Source: Candidatus Woesearchaeota archaeon
GTDB taxonomy: Archaea > Nanobdellota > Nanobdellia > Woesearchaeales > UBA10216
Assembly (NCBI GenBank): GCA_018303115.1
Contig: JAGVYT010000043.1
Coordinates: 1-46,718 of the forward strand
Direction: 5' to 3'
DNA: 46,718 nt
Program-made: the position numbers and the translations under genes
Notes under the pieces: model-generated
Told to the model about the DNA's origin: nothing
What the model saw: the letters and a program-made list of their open reading frames with translations, nothing else
Databases searched by the model: none
Shown here: positions 7,597 to 15,462 of the stretch, piece after piece
Layout of the letters: the number at the start of each line of letters is the position of its first letter
Numbering within the stretch: the first letter of the stretch is position 1

Positions 7597-7813
7597 GCGC
7601 CCCTTTTTCTCATGTGAGGAAGCGTTCAAGAGGACGCTTCGGCACTGGCAACGGTGCATGTCAAGCCTGAAAAGCAAGCCTTTTTCAGTACTGAGCGCAT
7701 ATGCACTGCTCTGGTTCTAGTAAGGGTTTGCACAAAAAGGCTTTTTGACATTTATTGGTTAACAGCAACTATAGATGCAGTAGTCACGATTCAGCGTTAA
7801 TACGGTTAACAAA

Positions 7814-8803
7814 ATGCCAACAAAAAGAAGCCCGAGGAAGGGAAGCCTGCAATACTGGCCTAGAAAGCACGCTAAAAAGCCCTATCCAAGAATCAGGCAT
7901 TATGCTCCTCTAACCGAATCAAAGCTTGCCGGATTTGCCGGCTATAAAGCAGGCATGACGCATGTTTTTATAGCTGATAACAGAGCACATTCAATGACAA
8001 AGGGCCAGTCCATCATGTTCCCGGTAACAGTGCTGGAATGCCCTCCCTTAAAAGTCGCTTCCATGCGCTTTTACAAAACTTCTTCTTCCGGCTTGAGAAT
8101 CGCTGTCGAAATATTTTCTTCAGACGACAAAAATTTGAGCAAGAAACTGAAGCTACCTAAGAAAGATACTATTAAAAATATTGCTGAAGTAGAAAAGAAC
8201 CTTAGTAGTTATAGTGATATAAGAGTTAATGTTTACACACAACCATACCTTGCCGGTATAAACAAGAAAAGACCGGAAATATTCGAACTTGCCTTGGGAG
8301 GCAAAAACATCAGTGAGAAGCTTAACCACGCAAAATCCATTTTGGGAAAGGAAATACCTGTCAAGGATGTTTTCAAGGAAGGACAGCAGCTGGACATATT
8401 TGCAGTAAGCAAAAGCAAGGGCACGCAAGGCCCTGTCAAGCGTTTCGGAATAGGCCTGAGAAGCCACAAGTCAGAAAAGGGGAGAAGGGGCCCGGCTAAT
8501 GTAGGGCCCTGGACTGGCAACAGGTCGTGGACTGTGAGCCATGCCGGCAGAATGGGCTTCCATAACAGGCTTGAGAAAAACAAATGGCTGCTTAAAATAG
8601 GGGATAAGCCTGAAGAAGTCAATGTTAAAGGAGGGTTCATAAACTACGGCATTGTAAAGGGCGCTTACCTGCTTCTAAAAGGCTCTGTTCCCGGCGCTGC
8701 CAAGCGCCTAATCAGACTTGTAAACTCTTACCATCCAAATCACAAGCTGCCGGAGCAGGCGCCGTCCATAGAGATTGTAAGCCTAAAGTCTCAGCAGGGA
8801 TAA
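7814..8803 (+). CDS. rpl3: 50S ribosomal protein uL3
   Basis: PRKGSLQYWPRKHA... GYKAGMTHV; first gene of the conserved archaeal L3-L4-L23-L2 cluster. Confidence 0.95.
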   Translation: MPTKRSPRKGSLQYWPRKHAKKPYPRIRHYAPLTESKLAGFAGYKAGMTHVFIADNRAHSMTKGQSIMFPVTVLECPPLKVASMRFYKTSSSGLRIAVEIFSSDDKNLSKKLKLPKKDTIKNIAEVEKNLSSYSDIRVNVYTQPYLAGINKKRPEIFELALGGKNISEKLNHAKSILGKEIPVKDVFKEGQQLDIFAVSKSKGTQGPVKRFGIGLRSHKSEKGRRGPANVGPWTGNRSWTVSHAGRMGFHNRLEKNKWLLKIGDKPEEVNVKGGFINYGIVKGAYLLLKGSVPGAAKRLIRLVNSYHPNHKLPEQAPSIEIVSLKSQQG

Positions 8804-8804
8804 A

Positions 8805-9611
8805 ATGAAAATAGAACTGTTTAACCTGGAAAAGGGCTCAGAGGGAAAGGTAGACCTGCCTGTCCAGTTCAACGAGCTTATAAGCCCGAGCCTTATCAGA
8901 CGGGCGGTGGTAGCCTTCCAGCTTAATAAACGCCAGCATTACGGTGCTAACCCGGAAGCCGGCACAAGGGTTTCAGCAAAGGTTTCAAGGAGAAGACGAA
9001 ATTATCGCGGTTCTTATGGAAAAGGAATTTCAAGGGTTCCTAGAAAGGTCCTGTCAAGAAGAGGCAGCCAGTTTTTCTGGCAGGGAGCGCTCGCCCCAGG
9101 AACTGTTAAAGGAAGAAGGGCACATCCCCCAAAAGCATACCAAACATGGTTTAAGAAAATAAACAAGAAGGAAAACAGCAAAGCCATAAGGTCGTCGCTT
9201 GCCGCTTCCATGGAAGCAGGTTTTGTCAAAGGCAGGGGCCATAACTTACCAGAGGACTACCCTTTTGCAGTCAACGATTCATTTGCATCTCTCGACAAAA
9301 CAAAATTGGTAAAGCAAACGTTGGAAAAGCTTGGGTTTAAGCCGGAGCTTAGCCGAACAACAAAAAAAACCCTGAGAGCAGGCCGCGGCAAGGCAAGGGG
9401 AAGGAAATACAGCCGCAAGACAGGCCTTTTAATCGTGGTTTCAGACAAATGCCCGCTTCAGAAGTCCGCAGCCAACATACCCGGGACAGATGTTGTTTTG
9501 GCTGAGCAGCTTAATGCAGAACTTTTAGCCCCCGGAGCAGTTCCTGGAAGGCTGGCACTGTTCACAGCATCTGCCATCAATAAAATAAAAAGCGATAAAC
9601 TGTTCATGTGA
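8805..9611 (+). CDS. rpl4: 50S ribosomal protein uL4
   Basis: SRRRRNYRGSYGKGISRVPRKVLSRRG; synteny. Confidence 0.95.
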   Translation: MKIELFNLEKGSEGKVDLPVQFNELISPSLIRRAVVAFQLNKRQHYGANPEAGTRVSAKVSRRRRNYRGSYGKGISRVPRKVLSRRGSQFFWQGALAPGTVKGRRAHPPKAYQTWFKKINKKENSKAIRSSLAASMEAGFVKGRGHNLPEDYPFAVNDSFASLDKTKLVKQTLEKLGFKPELSRTTKKTLRAGRGKARGRKYSRKTGLLIVVSDKCPLQKSAANIPGTDVVLAEQLNAELLAPGAVPGRLALFTASAINKIKSDKLFM

Positions 9612-9865
9612 TAAAAGTGAAAGTCATAAAATATCCCATATCAACAGAAAAGGGCATCAAGCTAATGGAAACAGAAAACAAGCTAATCTTTGTTGTAGAG
9701 GGCAGTTCAACAAAACAGGAAATAAAAAAGTCAGTGGAATCAATGTTTAACGTCAAAATCGAATCTGTTAATACATTTATCAACCAAGGCAAGAAAAGGG
9801 CTTACGTCAAAATAAGCAAAGACACTCCAGCGATTAACGTAGCAACCAAACTGGGGCTGATATAA
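9608..9865 (+). CDS. rpl23: 50S ribosomal protein uL23
   Basis: IKYPISTEKGIKLMETENKLIFVV. GTG start overlaps the rpl4 stop (GTGA). Confidence 0.93.
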   Translation: MIKVKVIKYPISTEKGIKLMETENKLIFVVEGSSTKQEIKKSVESMFNVKIESVNTFINQGKKRAYVKISKDTPAINVATKLGLI

Positions 9866-9866
9866 G

Positions 9867-10601
9867 ATGGGAAAGAACCTGATAAGCCAGAAGCGCGGAA
9901 AGGGAACGAGCGTTTACAAAGCTCATAGTTTCCGGTATATCGGAACTGTAAAGCACCAAGCTTACTCTGAAAAGGAAAAGAAAGACAGGATAACAGGCAC
10001 GGTAACAGACATAGCACACAGCCCAGGCCATTACGCCCCTATTGCAAAAATAAATTATGAAGGCAGGAAAACACTCGCCATTGCCCCTTTCGGACTAAGA
10101 GTTGGGGACGAGGTGAGCTCAGGAATAAATGCAGAAATAAAAGACGGCAATGTGCTGCCTCTGTCAAGCATTCCGGAAGGAACGCTCATCTTCAACATAG
10201 AATCCCAGCCAGGCGACGGCGGAAAGTTCGTTAGAACATCAGGCGGCTTTGCGAGGGTGCTTTCAAAAATGCAGGATAAAGTCAATGTAATGCTTCCTTC
10301 AAAAAAAGAACACACTTTCAATTCCCAATGCAGGGCAACGCTAGGAGTGATTGCCGGTGGAGGAAGAACCGAAAAGCCGTTTCTGAAGGCAGGAAATATG
10401 GCAAAGAAAAGGGGTGCCAGAGGCAAGCTCTATCCAATAACAAGCGCATTGTCGATGAATGCCGTTTCCCACCCGTTTGGAGGCTCAAGCAGCGCATCAA
10501 AGAACGGGCCAATGATAGCAAGAAAATACGCTCCGGCTGGGGCAAAGGTAGGCTCAATCAGACCAAGACGCACTGGAAGAGGCAAGGGAAGGAAAAGATG
10601 A
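9867..10601 (+). CDS. rpl2: 50S ribosomal protein uL2
   Basis: QKRGKGTSVYKAHSFRY..., SHPFGG motif; synteny. Confidence 0.95.
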   Translation: MGKNLISQKRGKGTSVYKAHSFRYIGTVKHQAYSEKEKKDRITGTVTDIAHSPGHYAPIAKINYEGRKTLAIAPFGLRVGDEVSSGINAEIKDGNVLPLSSIPEGTLIFNIESQPGDGGKFVRTSGGFARVLSKMQDKVNVMLPSKKEHTFNSQCRATLGVIAGGGRTEKPFLKAGNMAKKRGARGKLYPITSALSMNAVSHPFGGSSSASKNGPMIARKYAPAGAKVGSIRPRRTGRGKGRKR

Positions 10602-10978
10602 AAAAAGAGTTCATATTCCGCGGAAAAAATCTTGAAGAGCTGAAGAAGCTGAATGCCAAGGAATTCGCTTTACTTTTGAATTCGCGCCAAAAGAGAAGCC
10701 TGCTGCGCGGTCTTACAGAACAGCAAAAAATACTTCTTGAGAAATTCAAAAGGGATGACAAGAACATCAGAACCCACTGCAGGGACATGATAATATTTGC
10801 CGAAATGGTTGACAAAACAGTGAACGTTTATAACGGAAAGGAGTTCATAAGGTTCGCTGTTATCCCCGAAATGATAGGCCACTATCTTGGCGAATTCGCA
10901 CTTACAAGGAAGAAAGTAACCCACCACGCTCCCGGAATCGGAGCGACAAGGTCAAGCGCGAGCCTGTCGGTGAAGTAA
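10598..10978 (+). CDS. rps19: 30S ribosomal protein uS19
   Basis: Track ORF 10328-10978 trimmed to ATG 10598 (ATGA overlap with the rpl2 stop). NGKEFIRFAVIPEMIGHYLGEFALTRKKVTHHAPGIGATRSS. Confidence 0.93.
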   Translation: MKKEFIFRGKNLEELKKLNAKEFALLLNSRQKRSLLRGLTEQQKILLEKFKRDDKNIRTHCRDMIIFAEMVDKTVNVYNGKEFIRFAVIPEMIGHYLGEFALTRKKVTHHAPGIGATRSSASLSVK

Positions 10979-10979
10979 A

Positions 10980-11492
10980 ATGATGTACTCAACCAGTTTT
11001 GACGAGAAAACAATGGCAAAAGCGCAGGCTGTCTCGCTTCCTGTGTCGCTTAAACAGTCGGTGGAAGTATGCAACTTCATACGCAACAGAAAATATAGCC
11101 AAGCAGTCAGGCTGCTTGAAAGCGTTACATCAATGAAGGTTGCAGTCCCTTATACAAGGTTTAACCGTGGCGGGACAGGGCACAAACCAGGAATCGGCCC
11201 AGGGCGCTATCCTGTCAAGGCTTGCAATTACATCCTCAAACTGCTGAGGTCTGTTAATGCAAACGCCAGCCAAAAAGGCCTTGACACCGACAACCTTGTA
11301 ATAAAAGCAGTTGTTGCCAAACAAGGTGCTAAGGTTCTGAAGTATGGAAGAAAGCGGGGGATAACTGCCAAACGCACGCATATTGAAGTAATCGTGGAAG
11401 AAGTCAAGCAAAAAACAGCAACTTCCAATAAAACTGCCGCTGAAAAGAAAATGCAGAAAATCGGCAAACAAAAAATATCCGGTAAAAAATGA
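10980..11492 (+). CDS. rpl22: 50S ribosomal protein uL22
   Basis: AKAQAVSLPVSLKQSVEVCNFIRNRKYSQAVRLLE; Lys-rich C-terminal tail. Confidence 0.93.
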   Translation: MMYSTSFDEKTMAKAQAVSLPVSLKQSVEVCNFIRNRKYSQAVRLLESVTSMKVAVPYTRFNRGGTGHKPGIGPGRYPVKACNYILKLLRSVNANASQKGLDTDNLVIKAVVAKQGAKVLKYGRKRGITAKRTHIEVIVEEVKQKTATSNKTAAEKKMQKIGKQKISGKK

Positions 11493-12238
11493 TAGAGCGC
11501 GATTTTGTAAAACAGAAAAAAAATGAATTCCAGCTCAAGGAGTTCATTACAGCCACTCTTAAGAATGTTGGCCACAGCTATACTGAGTTGCAGCGCACTC
11601 CACTTGGGGAAAAGGTAATCATCCACACCTCCAAACCAGGTCTTATCGTAGGAAGGAAAGGACAAAACATAAGCAAGCTTACCGAATTGCTAAAGACAAG
11701 GTTCAAACTTGAAAATCCGCAGGTTGAAATAAGCGAGGTTGAGCATCCCGAATTTGTAGCAAACATTGTCGGAGAGAGAATTGCGTCAGCCATTGAGCGT
11801 TTTGGCTCAAACAGGTTCAAGGGAATAATGCACAAAACAATGTCCGATGTGCTCGCGGCCGGCGCAAGGGGGGTTGAAATAAGGCTTTCAGGAAAACTGC
11901 CCGGGGCAAGGGCAAAATCCTGGCGAATTTACGGCGGCTACCTTAAAAAAAGCGGCGATGCTGCTATAACCCACGTAAGCAAGTCATGCACGGTTGCAAA
12001 ACTCAAGTCAGGCGTCATAGGAATACAAGTAAGTATACTGCCTCCCGGCATCACGATGCCAGACACCATCAAATTTATCGAACAAATCAAAGAAACAGAG
12101 AAAAAAACCGAAAAGGCTGAAGAAGAGAAAATGCCTGAAAAGGAAACAGCTGCCGAAGATAAAGAAAAAAAAGAAGCCGCTGATAAAAAACCCAGGAAAA
12201 AGAAAACCGATAGAAAAGAAAAAAATGAAAGCGGTTAA
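11489..12238 (+). CDS. rps3: 30S ribosomal protein uS3
   Basis: KH domain VIIHTSKPGLIVGRKGQNISKL; ~50-aa Lys/Glu-rich C-terminal extension. Confidence 0.95.
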   Translation: MIERDFVKQKKNEFQLKEFITATLKNVGHSYTELQRTPLGEKVIIHTSKPGLIVGRKGQNISKLTELLKTRFKLENPQVEISEVEHPEFVANIVGERIASAIERFGSNRFKGIMHKTMSDVLAAGARGVEIRLSGKLPGARAKSWRIYGGYLKKSGDAAITHVSKSCTVAKLKSGVIGIQVSILPPGITMPDTIKFIEQIKETEKKTEKAEEEKMPEKETAAEDKEKKEAADKKPRKKKTDRKEKNESG

Positions 12239-12431
12239 AGAACTCGTCAATTTGAAGGATGAAGCGCTTGAAAGCAAGCTTCAGGAGCTAGATAAGGAGC
12301 TTATGAAGTTCCGCTCACAGGTTGCTTCAGGAACTGTTCCAAGAAACCCCGGCAGAATCAGGCTCATCAAGAAAACCATAGCAAGAATTAATACTATAAA
12401 ATCGAGGAGGGTTACACAAAGGAATGAATGA
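12225..12431 (+). CDS. rpl29: 50S ribosomal protein uL29
   Basis: LKDEALESKLQELDKELMKFRSQVASG; synteny. Confidence 0.92.
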   Translation: MKAVKELVNLKDEALESKLQELDKELMKFRSQVASGTVPRNPGRIRLIKKTIARINTIKSRRVTQRNE

Positions 12432-12732
12432 AATCTGCAACAAGTGCGGCTTGCCGAGACAGCTCTGTGTTTGTGAAACAATAGCAAAAGAGAGCCAGCG
12501 CATCAAGGTGTATACGGTAACGAAGAAGTTCCAGAAAGTATCGACGGTAATAGAAGGCCTTAATGAGCGCGAGATTGATGTCAGGGACGTTGCACGCAAA
12601 CTTAAGTCAGAATTTGCATGCGGCGGAACTGTAAAGGACGGAAGAATCGAGCTTCAGGGCAACCACAAAGCCAAAATCAAGAATTCGCTGGCAAGCCTCG
12701 GATTCAAAACAGCAACAATCGATGTGAAATAA
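12424..12732 (+). CDS. translation initiation factor aIF1 (SUI1 family)
   Basis: SUI1-like GTVKDGRIELQGNHKAKIKNSLASLGF. This is the usual position between rpl29 and rps17 in archaeal operons. Confidence 0.88.
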   Translation: MNEICNKCGLPRQLCVCETIAKESQRIKVYTVTKKFQKVSTVIEGLNEREIDVRDVARKLKSEFACGGTVKDGRIELQGNHKAKIKNSLASLGFKTATIDVK

Positions 12733-12865
12733 GCAATGCGTCTGCTGTCATAGCGGAAGACACAAATAATTATTGACAAAATAGCTGTGTCTTCCTGATA
12801 TAGCGGCTGACAAGCATGTGCAAAAACTAATGTCAGTCGCTATAGGTTTGAAGACTGGTGATTAA
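12733..12865 (+). other. 133-nt structured spacer occupying the slot where archaeal operons usually carry the RNase P protein Rpp29 (rnp1)
   Basis: Hairpin 1 is GGAAGACACA (12755-12764) / TGTGTCTTCC (12786-12795). Hairpin 2 is TATAGCGGCTGACA (12799-12812) / TGTCAGTCGCTATA (12831-12844, one G-U). No ORF is present. Confidence 0.5.
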
Positions 12866-13162
12866 ATGAAAAGCTGCAACGATAAAAATTGCCCCTTTCA
12901 CGGAAGTTTGAGGGTTAAAAAGCGCACACTCACAGGAGTGGTCAGCTCTACAAAAATGAGGCGTACTGTAGATGTAAAACGAGAGCTGAGAGTAATGCTG
13001 AAAAAATACGACAGGTTTGCAAAGCGATACAGCTCAATAAAAGCCCACCTCCCAGACTGCATAGAAGTCAAAGAAAGCGAAATTGTCACAGTTGCTGCGT
13101 GCAGGCCGCTTAGCAAATCAAAACATTTTGTAGTTATATCAAAAAGAAAGAAGGAGGAGTAA
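12866..13162 (+). CDS. rps17: 30S ribosomal protein uS17
   Basis: CNDKNCPFHGSLRVKKRTLTGVVSSTKMRRTVDV; synteny. Confidence 0.93.
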   Translation: MKSCNDKNCPFHGSLRVKKRTLTGVVSSTKMRRTVDVKRELRVMLKKYDRFAKRYSSIKAHLPDCIEVKESEIVTVAACRPLSKSKHFVVISKRKKEE

Positions 13163-13564
13163 ATGCAACCAGTTCCGGCAAAGTTTCCAAAGGCGCTGAA
13201 TCATGGATCGCTTATTGAAACTTGCGACAATTCAGGAGCAAAGCTGATAAGAATCACTTCAATAATTGGGGCCAAAACAGTAAAAGGCAGAAAACCCGCA
13301 GCTGCTACAGGCGACATGGTGCTGGCTTCTGTTAGAAAAGGCACCCCTGAAATGAGGAAGCAGGTTGTTTTTGCAGTCATTGTAAGGCAAAAGAAGGAGT
13401 TCAGAAGGCTCACGGGAGAGCACATAAAGTTTGAAGATAACGCGGCAGTTATTGTTAAAGATGAGGCAGGCAACCCAAAAGGAACCCTGATTAAGGGCCC
13501 AGTTGCAAAAGAAGTCTGCACGAGATGGCCGCAAATAGCAAAAATAGCCGGCATCATAGTCTAA
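13163..13564 (+). CDS. rpl14: 50S ribosomal protein uL14
   Basis: LIETCDNSGAKLIRITSIIG. SD-like AAGGAGGAG lies just upstream of the ATG. Confidence 0.95.
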   Translation: MQPVPAKFPKALNHGSLIETCDNSGAKLIRITSIIGAKTVKGRKPAAATGDMVLASVRKGTPEMRKQVVFAVIVRQKKEFRRLTGEHIKFEDNAAVIVKDEAGNPKGTLIKGPVAKEVCTRWPQIAKIAGIIV

Positions 13565-13565
13565 C

Positions 13566-13693
13566 GGGGGATATTCAAAATGAAAGCATACTCACTATCG
13601 TTCGTAGCCAAACTCACTGCCGTTCGTAGCTTTCGTCCCGAAAGTTTCATTTTGAAAGCAGGAACAGGGGGATATTCAAAATGAAAGCATACT
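13566..13693 (+). repeat. CGTTCGTAGC-core repeat element flanked by a 27-bp exact duplication of the rpl24 SD/start region
   Basis: GGGGGATATTCAAAATGAAAGCATACT occurs at 13566-13592 and 13667-13693 (period 101). Core copies lie at 13599-13608 and 13621-13630. A CTTTCG-TCC-CGAAAG hairpin lies at 13630-13644. AAAATGAAA (13577-13585) pairs with TTTCATTTT (13645-13653). The micro-ORF 13580-13684 (34 codons) ends in ATGA on the rpl24 start. Confidence 0.8.
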
Positions 13694-14052
13694 TTTCAAA
13701 AAGCTGGAATAGAAGCATACAACCCAGAAAGCAGAGGAAATACCGCTATAATGCCCACTTACATCTAAAACAAAAACTGCTTTCTGCACACTTATCTGCC
13801 GAACTACGAAAGCGTTACGGAAAGAGAAGCATCCCTGTCAAAAAAAATGATACGGTAAAGGTGCTTAAGGGAGGTTTTAAGGGTAAAGTAGGAAAGGTAA
13901 ATTCGGTAAGCATAAAGAAACTCTCTGCTTACATTGACGGTGTCGAATCTTCACGACGCGACGGAACAAAGGTCTTTGTGCCTGTAAAAGCCTCAAACCT
14001 CATGATTATCGAGTTGAACACGGATGACAGCAGGAGAATAAAAAATGAGTAA
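13681..14052 (+). CDS. rpl24: 50S ribosomal protein uL24
   Basis: KOW motif VKKNDTVKVLKGGFKGKVGKV; synteny. Confidence 0.93.
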   Translation: MKAYFSKSWNRSIQPRKQRKYRYNAHLHLKQKLLSAHLSAELRKRYGKRSIPVKKNDTVKVLKGGFKGKVGKVNSVSIKKLSAYIDGVESSRRDGTKVFVPVKASNLMIIELNTDDSRRIKNE

Positions 14053-14719
14053 AAACCACCTTAAAAGACTCGCAGCACCAAGGACGTGGAATATTAACAG
14101 AAAATCATCCAAGCTAATAGTAAGACCTTACGGCTATTTGGAATACGCACTGCCTATCGCGATAATATTAAAAGAGCTCCTAAAGCTTACAAAAAGCAGG
14201 CTTGAAACAAAAAGAGTGGTTAATTCCAAAAAGGTTTTGCTGGACGGCAAAACAGCGAGGAACGACAAACTTCCTGCAGGCATCATGTCCGTGGTTGAAG
14301 TAAAAGGCATAGATTCCTTCAGGGTGCTCCTCAACGCCAATGGCAAAATCTTCCTTAAGAAGCTCGATTCAAAGGAGTCATCAATCAAGCTCTGCAAGAT
14401 AGTTTCAAAAACAACGCTTAAAGGAGGAAAACTACAGTTGGGATTTCACGACGGCAGAACAATTATCGCTGAAAACAAAAATGTCAGCATAAATGACACT
14501 GTTGTATTCAAGCTACCGGAATTTAAGATTGAAAAGTACCTTAAACTGGCAAAAAACGCAAGCGTTTACCTTATTGGAGGCAGCAACATCGGCAGTGTCG
14601 GGGAAGTGGAAAAAGTCTCTGACTCAGTTGTTGTGAAAGTAAAGGGAATTGTTGTAAAAACCGGCAAGGAAAAAGTCTTTGTTATAGGCGAAGGAAGCCC
14701 AATCATTAAAGTAGATTAA
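14045..14719 (+). CDS. rps4e: 30S ribosomal protein eS4
   Basis: MSKNHLKRLAAPRTWNINRK; synteny. Confidence 0.93.
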   Translation: MSKNHLKRLAAPRTWNINRKSSKLIVRPYGYLEYALPIAIILKELLKLTKSRLETKRVVNSKKVLLDGKTARNDKLPAGIMSVVEVKGIDSFRVLLNANGKIFLKKLDSKESSIKLCKIVSKTTLKGGKLQLGFHDGRTIIAENKNVSINDTVVFKLPEFKIEKYLKLAKNASVYLIGGSNIGSVGEVEKVSDSVVVKVKGIVVKTGKEKVFVIGEGSPIIKVD

Positions 14720-14720
14720 A

Positions 14721-15227
14721 ATGAATGCGATGAGAAACATAAGAATAGGAAAAGTAACGCTTAATATCGGAGCAGGCACTAATACTTCCAAGCTTGAAAA
14801 GGGAATTAAGCTAATAAGCCACATTGCGGGAAGGAAGCCTGTTAAAACCTTTACAACCAAGCGCATACCAGCATGGGGCGTTCGCCCAGGCCTGCCTTTG
14901 GGCTGCAAGCTTACCTTGAGGAAAAAAACCGCCATGGAGGTTCTTTCCCGGCTTCTCCGGGCAAAGGAGAACAAACTCAGCTCCAGACAGTTTGACAATT
15001 TAGGGAATTTAGCCTTCGGGATTCACGAATATATAGACATTCCCGAAGCAAAATACGACCCGGAAGTTGGAATCATGGGGCTGGAAGTGTGCGTAACCCT
15101 TGAAAGGCCAGGCTTCAGGGTTAAGAACCGCAGAGTTAAAAAAAATCCCATCTCAAAAAAGCACTTAATAACCAGGGAGGAAGCTATTGATTACCTGAAA
15201 AAAGAGTTCGGTATTACGGTGAACTAA
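14721..15227 (+). CDS. rpl5: 50S ribosomal protein uL5
   Basis: MRNIRIGKVTLNIGAG..., GIHEYIDIPEAKYDPEVGIMG. Confidence 0.95.
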   Translation: MNAMRNIRIGKVTLNIGAGTNTSKLEKGIKLISHIAGRKPVKTFTTKRIPAWGVRPGLPLGCKLTLRKKTAMEVLSRLLRAKENKLSSRQFDNLGNLAFGIHEYIDIPEAKYDPEVGIMGLEVCVTLERPGFRVKNRRVKKNPISKKHLITREEAIDYLKKEFGITVN

Positions 15228-15228
15228 A

Positions 15229-15459
15229 ATGACTGTGTCCTCCTACAAAAAAATGCTGAAACAACTCAAGGAAAAACCCTTCATCATGAAGAGATACCTA
15301 AAGCACAATAAGCCTAAAGAAAGGGAATTCGGAAAGGGGACAAAACAGTGCGAGGAATGCTGGAACACGCGCGGCATGATAAGCAAGTATGGCCTCTTTA
15401 TGTGCAGAAAATGTTTCAGGGAAAATGCCGTGAACTTAGGGTTTAAAAAATTCAGCTGA
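15229..15459 (+). CDS. rps14: 30S ribosomal protein uS14 (zinc-binding type), ~20 aa longer at the N-terminus than usual
   Basis: FGKGTKQCEECWNTRGMISKYGLFMCRKCFRENAVNLGFKK. An internal ATG at 15289 is an alternative start. Confidence 0.9.
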   Translation: MTVSSYKKMLKQLKEKPFIMKRYLKHNKPKEREFGKGTKQCEECWNTRGMISKYGLFMCRKCFRENAVNLGFKKFS

Positions 15460-15462
15460 TTA

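Noticed and set aside
10328-10597. 90-codon N-terminal extension of the rps19 ORF
   Set aside because: It overlaps the 3' end of rpl2 in another frame. The conserved uS19 sequence begins at ATG 10598, which forms an ATGA overlap with the rpl2 stop.
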